A stretch of 21,773 bases of DNA, filler included, from an uncultured virus (IMG/VR IMGVR_UViG_2061766007_000461) (2 parts of one record of this genome joined end to end with filler, not necessarily neighbours in it); one strand, 5' to 3'. Shown: positions 8,606-15,832, counted from the first letter of the whole stretch. Numbers and translations are program-made. The notes: generated by a model from the letters alone, not told the origin.

Positions 8606-10515
8606 TCAGAATGTCCCATAAGTGTCATACACTTCCGACCAAAGCATGACAGCAACTTTGCCCTGTGTTACGTTTGTCTGAATAAGGTCAAGCACATCAC
8701 GCAGGAAAGTTTCCGTCACATCAACCCCTATCTCATGCATTACAAGCGTTACCCATACAGGGGTTTGATATGCTGTCCTTGTGTTCAGCCATGATTCAAA
8801 ATCATCAATATCATTATTGAAATTGTTCATCATGGTGAATGTCATGCCGTTGTATGGGGGATTTGTGCCGTAAGCATCGGAGAAGTCATAATACAAATAC
8901 AGATAAGGATCAAGTTTTTCCTTTAACGCTGCATCAGGTGTAGAATTTGCAACAGCAGTTCCCCTAATATGGATTCCGTTATCTTCAAAGGTTCTTTTAC
9001 TGTCAAGGAACAGTTCTTTGATTTTTGTCGCATCAGCAAACGTTGTGTCAGGATGTACTAAAACCNNNNNNNNNNNNNNNNNNNNNNNNNNNNNNNNNNN
9101 NNNNNNNNNNNNNNNNNNNNNNNNAACTGTCTTGTCGATGTTTTTCACACACGCAGCAACATCAAGCGGAAAACCATATTCTCCTGTGATAATCTTTGCA
9201 AACAGGTCAATATCTGTCCGCAGATCATCAACACGGAGAGATATTATCATTTTCGGATAAGTACCCCATGAGAAGTTTTTCGCAATAGCCATAAACCGCT
9301 GACGAAGTACACTATTCAAATAATCGTCATCGTTTTTGATTGCTGTGATATTCTGTGCGTTTTTCTGCACCTTGCTCCCCATGCTGATTCTTTCAAGTGC
9401 AACCGTGCTGTTAATGTTGCCTTGCACAACCGCATGAGTAGCACCAACAGGAACTGTGACTTCCTGCTCTGTAAATGTCACAGTTTGACCTGTGTAGCAA
9501 TCGTATGAAATAAACGTGCTTTCAGATGCGGAACTTGAATCATAGAACAGAATACCTGCAACAGATGCCTGTGATTTTGCTGTGACATACAATTTTTCAC
9601 CGGCAGTAACTTCAATTACCTGTGAACACTTTGCCTGATCGTATGTTCCATACTTGCCTGTCAGTTTATAGTATTTCCCTTCTGTCATTGTAAGCGCAAC
9701 AGAAGAATGTTCCTCTTCAAAAACTGCATCGTATGTATCATCAACCTTGTCCTCATCAATCTGCAAGGCTGCAATATCTGTTGCGTTTTTGTCTATCTTG
9801 TTTATTGTTTCACGTTTTTTCAGCGCAAGTGAACCGTCAATGTCACCCTGTACTATGCAATGTGTAGCACCTGTCGGAACTGTTACTTCCTGATTTGTGA
9901 ATGTTACGGTTTCCCCTGTATAGCAATCGTAAGAAACAAAGGTGCTTTCTGAAAGTGTATCCGAATTATAAAAGATGATTCCTGCAACTGCGCTGCGTGA
10001 TTTGGCAGTTACTAATACTTTACTTCCTGCCGTGACGGGAATAACCTGTGAGCATTTTGCCTGATTGTATGTCGAATGTTTCCCGGTTAATTTATAGTAT
10101 TCACCTTCACTTATTGTGAGTGAAACATCAACATTATTTGTCTGATAAATCGCATCGGAAAAGGAAGTTATTGCGCTCTGTAAATCGGTTAGTTCCGTAT
10201 AAGTAGGAACCTGTACACTCTGAGGAGGGGTCTCTGTAAACCAAACCTTATTCGCATGCTCCGTAGGCTGCAAGTCCTGTACTTTGACAATATCGTCGGC
10301 ATAATCTTCGGTGTCCGAAAGGATCTCGGCCTTGTCTGCCGTTGTCCAGTAGTCAACCCCACGAACAGGATCGTGACCGTCTTTTCCGTCATGCCCGTCG
10401 GCAACGTCAAACGTCTTCGCCCCTTCCTTGTCGGTTATAGTTACATTGTGGCCATCTGCGCTCGGTGTAACTTCAACAATAGGGGAGAACCCGTCAAACG
10501 CGCCGGATTCTTTCG
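8606..10515 (-). CDS. Tail fibre/receptor-binding protein with two beta-repeat domains and a C-terminal NodB-type polysaccharide deacetylase domain (5' end in gap)
   Basis: The frame stays open upstream of 10273 (GFSPIVEVT...DGKDGHDPVRGVDYWTTADKAEI). Duplicated EGxYYKLTG...VPxGATH domain; ISLRVDD, VLVH and TLVMHEI motifs. Confidence 0.8.
10162..10189. other. Putative recombinase site inside the tail gene
   Basis: AGGAAGTTATT-GCGCTC-TGTAAATCGGT; the left arm resembles TGTAAGTTATT of 5789-5816; encodes TDLQSAITS. Confidence 0.5.
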
Positions 10516-10615
10516 NNNNNNNNNNNNNNNNNNNNNNNNNNNNNNNNNNNNNNNNNNNNTTAATTAATTAANNNNNNNNNNNNNNNNNNNNNNNNNNNNN
10601 NNNNNNNNNNNNNNN

Positions 10616-10947
10616 CTCATGGGCGGGTAACTGTCCACGCCTGTGCCGGTCGGATTTTCTGCAAGATGAATCTGATACCGGAGTGCCTGATAGATGTTGT
10701 ACAGCATGTACCACTCTTCGTCTTTGTAGTTACCCGGTTCGTGATCCCGGAACATGATCCTGAACGCGGCTTTGAGTAATGGTTCCGATTCATTGCGCTT
10801 TTCGGCGTACTTATCATCTCCCAAGTCCAGAATGCAGTAGGGGAGCTGGTCGTACTGTTCCAGCTTCAGCCGCATCAGCAGCTCGACGGCCTTTAGGCAT
10901 TTCCGCGCCTGTTCACTCTCCATGGTCAGTGTGTACTTGATTTTCAT
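10616..10947 (-). CDS. Hypothetical phage protein (3' end in gap)
   Basis: AGGAGG SD; more than 110 open codons. Confidence 0.75.
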
Positions 10948-10957
10948 TCCTGCCCTC

Positions 10958-11020
10958 CTACGCGGTTTTGTATATCCAGATAATAATCGCCACCAACACT
11001 ACGATCCAGATCCACGACAT
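10958..11020 (-). CDS. 20-aa hydrophobic peptide MSWIWIVVLVAIIIWIYKTA
   Basis: AGGAGG SD 7 nt before the ATG; fills the space between flanking ORFs. Confidence 0.5.
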   Translation of the reverse strand: MSWIWIVVLVAIIIWIYKTA

Positions 11021-11039
11021 ATCATCCCTCCTCTGCCCC

Positions 11040-11513
11040 TTAAACGTGAGCGTATCCTATCCAACCGCACTCGCATTCATACTGATATTTGGCTGGATAT
11101 GATGTCAGTACGATATCCAACCGTTTGTAAATTTTCTTTCCGCACTTCGGGCATTCAATATCTGTTTTTATACGATTTGTATAGAACGAAGTATCCGGAT
11201 ATTGCTTTTCAATTTCTTCCCATTTCATTCGACTGTCTCCTTTTTTGTCAGACTTCCGTTCCCCGTCAGCACAATAAAATTCATCCGGTCTTACACCGTT
11301 GTAACTGTGCTTTTTGCATATAATTGCGTTGTCAAGCCATTTGAGAACTTCTGCATTTTTACAATCCTTGCACCGGACAACCTCTTCCATATTTTCCAGC
11401 AGTTCCAGAGCGGCTTTTGCTATGTTCTGCACCTCGCTGTCGCTGTGGTATGGTGCCCAGTCATCCTCCGTCAGACCGTCCAACCAACTCATAACAACAT
11501 TTATGTCTTGCAT
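11040..11513 (-). CDS. Cys-rich phage protein, possibly two fused small genes (RCKDCK module plus Zn ribbon from about 11228)
   Basis: VVRCKDCK...YCADGERK; internal AAAGGAG SD before MKWEEI; CPKCG...CECG. Confidence 0.7.
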   Translation of the reverse strand: MQDINVVMSWLDGLTEDDWAPYHSDSEVQNIAKAALELLENMEEVVRCKDCKNAEVLKWLDNAIICKKHSYNGVRPDEFYCADGERKSDKKGDSRMKWEEIEKQYPDTSFYTNRIKTDIECPKCGKKIYKRLDIVLTSYPAKYQYECECGWIGYAHV

Positions 11514-11554
11514 ACTGTCCTCCGTTTATAAGTATCACTTCTGCCTGCTCCCTG

Positions 11555-11854
11555 TCAAGCATCTGATTCACCTCTTACAGCTTTGTTCCATTTTGCATGG
11601 ACATTAATCTCGTTCTTTCCAGCCACTTCAAAACCACACTTGCAGCATTTGAGAATTTCTGATCTTTCGGATGTTGTCCCAAACCAATGTTCACGGCGTT
11701 TACATCCGCATTTGCATGGGAGCAACCGTTCAGGTCTCTGCCTGATCTTAACCGCCTCGCATTTACTGTGTTTCATCATGGTATCCGGGAAATACACCGT
11801 CACATCCCGTCCGATCTGCCACTCTGGAACATCAAGATAGATTACTGCTTTCAT
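11555..11854 (-). CDS. Phage protein with Lar-like Zn finger
   Basis: LLPCKCG...KCCKCG...AKWNKAV; GAGGTG SD. Confidence 0.7.
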   Translation of the reverse strand: MKAVIYLDVPEWQIGRDVTVYFPDTMMKHSKCEAVKIRQRPERLLPCKCGCKRREHWFGTTSERSEILKCCKCGFEVAGKNEINVHAKWNKAVRGESDA

Positions 11855-11857
11855 ATG

Positions 11858-11885
11858 TCACCTCTATTGTCTCCTTTAAGTTACA
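11858..11885 (-). other. Putative recombinase site
   Basis: TGTAACTTAAA-GGAGAC-AATAGAGGTGA; left arm 10/11 identical to the 5789 arm. Confidence 0.55.
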
Positions 11886-12001
11886 GTTCGCCCATGAATT
11901 TTTCATCGGTTTCAANNNNNNNNNNCTGTGTAATATGGACATCCGATGCATCCCTTTGTGTCGCAATGCTCCAATGCTTTGATAACCTTTCCCCTGTCCA
12001 T
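11881..12001 (-). CDS. MDRxKVI-family small phage protein (gapped)
   Basis: AAAGGAG SD; MDRGKVIKALEHCDTKGCIGCPYY[gap]ETDEKFMGEL. Confidence 0.55.
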
Positions 12002-12020
12002 TCTGCTCTCCTTTTCAATA

Positions 12021-12145
12021 TCCGTGGGTTGGGATTTGCACCCAACATGGCAACCTTCAGCACCGGATCAAGCAGTTGCCGTGGAGGTGAATTGCTCTGG
12101 TCAGCAAATCCGGTTTCACACGTCTACCTATTCCGTCACCACGGT
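12021..12145 (-). ncRNA. tRNA-like structured RNA with an enlarged central domain
   Basis: Acceptor CCGTGG/CCACGG, D-arm ACG-GAATAGGTAGA-CGT, T-arm GTTGGG-TGCAAAT-CCCAAC; two hairpins replace the anticodon arm. Confidence 0.65.
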
Positions 12146-12313
12146 TATTAGCGGCTGTTTCCCGCTGAAAAGTGTTCCTGCTAACCGAATGCACTGCCGG
12201 ATTCCATCCCGACATGGGTTCGTAACCTCGGAACTCGCCTGAAGCGTTGGCAGGTACAATCGTTTTCTCGTAGGTGGAAAAGCTACTGCAACGATCTCCC
12301 CCAATGGTACGCT

Positions 12314-12341
12314 GTGCGGTTAAATTGTCCTTTAAGTCACT
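12314..12341 (-). other. Putative recombinase site
   Basis: AGTGACTTAAA-GGACAA-TTTAACCGCAC; contains the stop of 12332..12523. Confidence 0.55.
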
Positions 12342-12523
12342 TGTAACTCGTTTGTATAACGTTTATCAGAATCTAACGGGCATCTGTAACGGATATAATA
12401 TCCGTCGCAATCATCCACTTGAACTTTCAAAATGTCACAGACAGAAGTCCAATCATCTACTGACATATCCCACGTTTTGTAATGCGGACATTCTGTAGTG
12501 CAATCCAACGGAAAGCATTTCAT
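12332..12523 (-). CDS. Small Cys-rich protein (63 aa), cassette-borne
   Basis: GAGGTG SD; flanked by two dif-like sites. Confidence 0.7.
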   Translation of the reverse strand: MKCFPLDCTTECPHYKTWDMSVDDWTSVCDILKVQVDDCDGYYIRYRCPLDSDKRYTNELQVT

Positions 12524-12537
12524 TCCAACTTCACCTC

Positions 12538-12565
12538 TGTAACTTATTGTGTCAATTTATGCTCC
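12538..12565. other. Putative recombinase site
   Basis: TGTAACTTATT-GTGTCA-ATTTATGCTCC; same core hexamer as 15168-15195. Confidence 0.55.
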
Positions 12566-12598
12566 GGATGCGGCATCACCGTGCTCGCTTAATCCGGA
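12564..12598 (-). repeat. Bulged hairpin element, copy 1
   Basis: 32/35 identical to 15794-15828; CCGGAT/ATCCGG outer stem. Confidence 0.8.
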
Positions 12599-12610
12599 CA
12601 ACCCTGCGCC

Positions 12611-12901
12611 TTACTGCACGTTATTTTCATTATTCGCCTGAAGAAACTGCTTGACCGTGATCGCGATTGCATCAATAAAGCTCTCGTCAAGCCCAGCAGC
12701 TAAAATCACCTTTGCAATTCCCTCGGCGATACATACTCCCATCAGATCCGACCTTCCGGCCGCAAAGTAGCTCCGGATCCCACTGTCTAACCCTATAAAC
12801 CCAAAACAAGCTGAATCCGGGCCCTCGTACCCGCATGCGATCTTCCGGATTTCATCTGCATCCCGCTCAACCCGGAACTTGTTGAATTCGTCTTTAGTCA
12901 T
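12611..12901 (-). CDS. Hypothetical phage protein (96 aa)
   Basis: ORF overlapping the upstream stop; coupled packing. Confidence 0.75.
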   Translation of the reverse strand: MTKDEFNKFRVERDADEIRKIACGYEGPDSACFGFIGLDSGIRSYFAAGRSDLMGVCIAEGIAKVILAAGLDESFIDAIAITVKQFLQANNENNVQ

Positions 12902-13088
12902 ACCCGTTATTACGCTCCTCCCGGCCTTTCATTACGGCGTAGATCACAGACATGCTGTTGATTGCAAGCTCCATATCTTCGCTTTCTTTTTCATTCAGTG
13001 CTATCCGGTCTTTCAGATCCGTTAGCCCGCGTATCGCATCATCCAACTCGTCTGTTGTCTTTCCGTAGAACAACACTGTTTCTGCCAC
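12894..13088 (-). CDS. Hypothetical phage protein (64 aa)
   Basis: GTG start with GGAGAG upstream; helical acidic protein. Confidence 0.65.
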   Translation of the reverse strand: MAETVLFYGKTTDELDDAIRGLTDLKDRIALNEKESEDMELAINSMSVIYAVMKGREERNNGYD

Positions 13089-13293
13089 CTGTCATCTCTC
13101 CTGTAATCGGATTGAAAAAAACCAGACTTCCACCAACTCTCCGGGCTACCCTGATTGCATTCTGCGCATCCCGTGTTCGCCATGCGTCCCACGGGCTCCG
13201 GCTCCATCGTAGATCCATCGAATACATTATGGTTCCTACGAGATAGATATCATCCTTTCGGACAATCAGCCCACTCAAACCCGCCGTTGTCAC
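13039..13293 (-). CDS. Hypothetical phage protein (84 aa)
   Basis: AAGGAGG SD; WSRSPWDAW...FNPITGE. Confidence 0.65.
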   Translation of the reverse strand: MTTAGLSGLIVRKDDIYLVGTIMYSMDLRWSRSPWDAWRTRDAQNAIRVARRVGGSLVFFNPITGEMTGGRNSVVLRKDNRRVG

Positions 13294-13317
13294 GCTTTCC
13301 CTCCTTACTTCCAGTCT

Positions 13318-13479
13318 TCATTCTTCTGCCTCCCTCCTGATCTTCATGATTCGACACTTCTCGCACTGCTCAGGCTTCCGGGAAAGGTATTCCTCGCACT
13401 CTTCGCAGGCCCGGTTTGCCGCCTCTATGGCTTTCTGCTTCCAGTACTCGATACGGTCAAACGCTTCTCGCTCTGTCAT
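13318..13479 (-). CDS. Small Cys-containing phage protein (53 aa)
   Basis: ATGA overlap with the upstream stop; CEEC...CEKC. Confidence 0.65.
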   Translation of the reverse strand: MTEREAFDRIEYWKQKAIEAANRACEECEEYLSRKPEQCEKCRIMKIRREAEE

Positions 13480-13667
13480 ACCCGTTCCCCCAATTCTCTC
13501 TTGACCTTCTGAATCTTTTTGCTCTTGCCGTCGAATTTCCGCATGCATCCCCATGAACAGAACAGGGTATTTCTCCGGCGGTATACCCATGATTCCTCAT
13601 AGGCCATAAATGGACTCTTGCAGATCGGGCATTTCCGCTCTTTTGAAAATATGGACAATCCTGTCAC
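13476..13667 (-). CDS. TRASH/MYM-like zinc-finger protein
   Basis: KCPICK...FCSWGCMR. Confidence 0.7.
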   Translation of the reverse strand: MTGLSIFSKERKCPICKSPFMAYEESWVYRRRNTLFCSWGCMRKFDGKSKKIQKVKRELGERV

Positions 13668-14137
13668 CTCACTACCGNNNNNNNNNNNNNNNACCGCTTG
13701 GAATAGTTTGTTACGAACTTCCGGTTCATGCCGCTTATAATCTCCACCCAGCTCAGGCACTCGACTTTTTTCATTTCCAGCACGGCCCACTGACGTTCGC
13801 CGAGCGCACCCATGACCGTCTCCACCACGCGCAGCTCAGGGCCCAGCTTCATCCGCTCTGCCTCAGCAATCGCGATGTCTTCCCGGATCTCTTTCACGAA
13901 GTCGCTGACCTCCCCGCTGGCAATGTCAATCGCCAACCGGCCTACCGGATCCCCCACGGAAGATCCGTGGGGCATACCGGTGATTGCCTGACTCAGGGAG
14001 ACCTGATCGCTGACCATGTGTCGTTCACAGATCGCGAGACTCCGCTGAAGAAACTCAAGCTGATGTGTCAGGTAGGCGAACCGCGCCTTTGTTGACCTGT
14101 GATCTCGTAATATCTCGTCCAACCGTTGCGGGCTCAT
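13664..14137 (-). CDS. RinA/ArpU-like phage transcriptional regulator
   Basis: Coiled N-terminus, ITGMPHGS, and C-terminal LGERQWAVLEMKKVECLSWVEI HTH; GGGAGG SD. Confidence 0.7.
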   Translation of the reverse strand: MSPQRLDEILRDHRSTKARFAYLTHQLEFLQRSLAICERHMVSDQVSLSQAITGMPHGSSVGDPVGRLAIDIASGEVSDFVKEIREDIAIAEAERMKLGPELRVVETVMGALGERQWAVLEMKKVECLSWVEIISGMNRKFVTNYSKRXXXXXXVVR

Positions 14138-14159
14138 ACTGCGCCTCCCTCAGGGAAAT

Positions 14160-14235
14160 TTAGAACGGGAGTTCATCCGTCTCCACTTCCTGCATACCGG
14201 TCTGTGCGTCCCTCTGCATCGGTGGCGGGGGAGCG
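14160..14235 (-). CDS. ssb: C-terminal fragment of a second SSB
   Basis: PPPMQRDAQTGMQEVETDELPF* acidic SSB tail. Confidence 0.8.
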
Positions 14236-14253
14236 NNNNNNNNNNGTCTCCTT

Positions 14254-14415
14254 TTAATCAGAATCATCTACAATCGTGAACCTATCATCTTCTTCGATTT
14301 CACAGATTCTCCAATAAAACTCATATGCAAGTTTTTTATCGCTGATAATTTCCTCGCATTTTTCCTTGAGCATTCTACGCAAGTCTTGAATTTCAACCTG
14401 TAGCGTCATCCACAT
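14254..14415 (-). CDS. Hypothetical protein (~53 aa)
   Basis: AAAGGAAG SD; AT-rich; bounded by dif-like arms. Confidence 0.6.
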   Translation of the reverse strand: MWMTLQVEIQDLRRMLKEKCEEIISDKKLAYEFYWRICEIEEDDRFTIVDDSD

Positions 14416-14435
14416 TTCACTTCCTTTAAGTGTCT
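14408..14435 (-). other. Putative recombinase site
   Basis: AGACACTTAAA-GGAAGT-GAAATGTGGAT; contains the stop of 14426..14713. Confidence 0.45.
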
Positions 14436-14713
14436 TTCCGTTTCCCGTCAGCGCAGAACCAATTACCACGGTTATCGAGCATAAACAATGGGAAATCCTT
14501 CTCTTCCGATATTGCAGAGAGAACGCATTTTTCAGAATTCCCCCTGTGTTTGCAATCCTTACACCGGACGATCTCCGGTTGCTCTTTCAGCATGGTAATG
14601 GCATCATTTTGATGCTGAATCAGCCTTTCAATATGCGTTCCTACATGGCATCTTAAATACGATATCGTTTCTTCAATGCCGTCAATAACCTTCTCCCTGT
14701 CCATTTCGTTCAT
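14426..14713 (-). CDS. MDREKVI/RCKDCKH-family phage protein
   Basis: MDREKVIDG...LKEQPEIVRCKDCKH...WFCADGKRK. Confidence 0.8.
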   Translation of the reverse strand: MNEMDREKVIDGIEETISYLRCHVGTHIERLIQHQNDAITMLKEQPEIVRCKDCKHRGNSEKCVLSAISEEKDFPLFMLDNRGNWFCADGKRKDT

Positions 14714-14723
14714 CCGGTTCTCA

Positions 14724-14903
14724 TTAATAGTTATCCACCCAATCGTCTATTTTGCCTTCTTCATAAATCAGATTTCCTTCATCATCAACCGCATTACATT
14801 CATCATTTTTTTGCTTTGATTCTCCGATAATTACGCACCATTCATCTTTATAGTCATAAAATTTGCAGTTCTTGCATCTTTTGATAACCTTCTTCCTGTC
14901 CAT
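14724..14903 (-). CDS. 59-aa Cys-rich MDRKKVI-family protein
   Basis: Translated by hand: MDRKKVIKRCKNCKFYDYKDEWC...DDWVDNY*; GGGGTG SD. Confidence 0.7.
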   Translation of the reverse strand: MDRKKVIKRCKNCKFYDYKDEWCVIIGESKQKNDECNAVDDEGNLIYEEGKIDDWVDNY

Positions 14904-14907
14904 TTCA

Positions 14908-15006
14908 TCACCCCATTCTCTTAAAAATCAGTATCAATGACAGACAGACAAATATCAAAGACATGATAAATCTGATATCTTTCAACACTTCAACGAGTTC
15001 ATCCAT
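14908..15006 (-). CDS. 32-aa single-TM peptide
   Basis: MDELVEVLKDIRFIMSLIFVCLSLILIFKRMG*; fills the intergenic space. Confidence 0.5.
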   Translation of the reverse strand: MDELVEVLKDIRFIMSLIFVCLSLILIFKRMG

Positions 15007-15012
15007 TCTTGT

Positions 15013-15147
15013 TTACCGCCCATTCTTGTGAAATCCATTCCAATCGTGATATCTGCCCATTTTTCTTTTGAATCGTGCTTTCTTATATGCTTTTCTTATT
15101 GGAACAACACAACCATTGATTACAGTATATAGAACTATTCTGTTCAT
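15013..15147 (-). CDS. 44-aa basic peptide
   Basis: MNRIVLYTVINGCVVPIRKAYKKARFKRK...; GGTGAAG upstream. Confidence 0.45.
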   Translation of the reverse strand: MNRIVLYTVINGCVVPIRKAYKKARFKRKMGRYHDWNGFHKNGR

Positions 15148-15167
15148 TTTCACTTCACCGATCTTTC

Positions 15168-15195
15168 TGCGACTTAAAGTGTCATTTCTGCCTGT
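15168..15195. other. Putative recombinase site
   Basis: TGCGACTTAAA-GTGTCA-TTTCTGCCTGT; marks the right edge of the AT-rich block. Confidence 0.55.
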
Positions 15196-15409
15196 ATGAT
15201 TTCAGCCGTATTCGTCCGCATCGTTCGCACCATTCGACCTCATCGTCCTGCTCTTTCATCGGGCACCAGTCGGGTCTGCAATCGCTGAACTCTCTAACAT
15301 CATTCTCACCCCATTTTCTGCCATTGACCGGAATTGCACACATCAGATATTCATTACAGGCAGGACAATCAATGCAGTTTCCCGGCATCGGCATATCAAC
15401 CAGTATCAT
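15182..15409 (-). CDS. Cys-rich phage protein (75 aa)
   Basis: DMPMPGNCIDCP...RPDWCPMKE...CERCG. Confidence 0.75.
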   Translation of the reverse strand: MILVDMPMPGNCIDCPACNEYLMCAIPVNGRKWGENDVREFSDCRPDWCPMKEQDDEVEWCERCGRIRLKSYRQK

Positions 15410-15435
15410 TCCCACTTCACCCCTGTAAAACAATT

Positions 15436-15642
15436 TTAGCAATTTCCCCTGTTTCTTCGATTCCGGCTTGTCTTCGCCATCTTATCCAAGATTTCTTTCG
15501 GAAGCGGGCGTTTTGCGTCCCGCACCCTCTGTCTTTCCGCTTGTGCTTTCTCTACCTCTACACGGTAAGCCTGATAACGTTCACAGCTTCCGTGGCAGAG
15601 CAGTTTCCGATCTGTACAGCCCTTACATGGTGAGTTTTTCAT
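15436..15642 (-). CDS. Small Cys/His phage protein (68 aa)
   Basis: SPCKGCTDR...CHGSCERY. Confidence 0.8.
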   Translation of the reverse strand: MKNSPCKGCTDRKLLCHGSCERYQAYRVEVEKAQAERQRVRDAKRPLPKEILDKMAKTSRNRRNRGNC

Positions 15643-15793
15643 ACCTGTTCAATCCTTACTACGTGTGTTTTGAATGAAACAACCCGGTTGCAACCATGAA
15701 CCACTGCTGTTCGGAGAATACGGGAGTCGAACCCGTCACCGGAAAAGACCATCCCATCCACCGGAACATTCAGAACATGGTTGTTAAGGTCAC

Positions 15794-15828
15794 CCGGATG
15801 CGGCATCGCTGTGCACGCTTAATCCGGA
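15794..15828 (-). repeat. Bulged hairpin element, copy 2
   Basis: 32/35 identical to 12564-12598; 4 nt after the ssb stop. Confidence 0.8.
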
Positions 15829-15832
15829 TAAA

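Noticed and set aside
9400..10110. Diversity-generating retroelement TR/VR pair
   Set aside because: The repeats are in-frame domain duplications differing at all base types, and no reverse transcriptase is present.
12049..12119. HDV-like (theta) ribozyme beside a tRNA-like element
   Set aside because: Only 6 nt separate the putative P2 and P1 strands, leaving no room for P3/L3 or P1.1.
15420..15445. Another dif-like site (TGTAAAACAATTTTAGCA)
   Set aside because: The arms fit only with a 5-nt core and lack the ASTTA signature.
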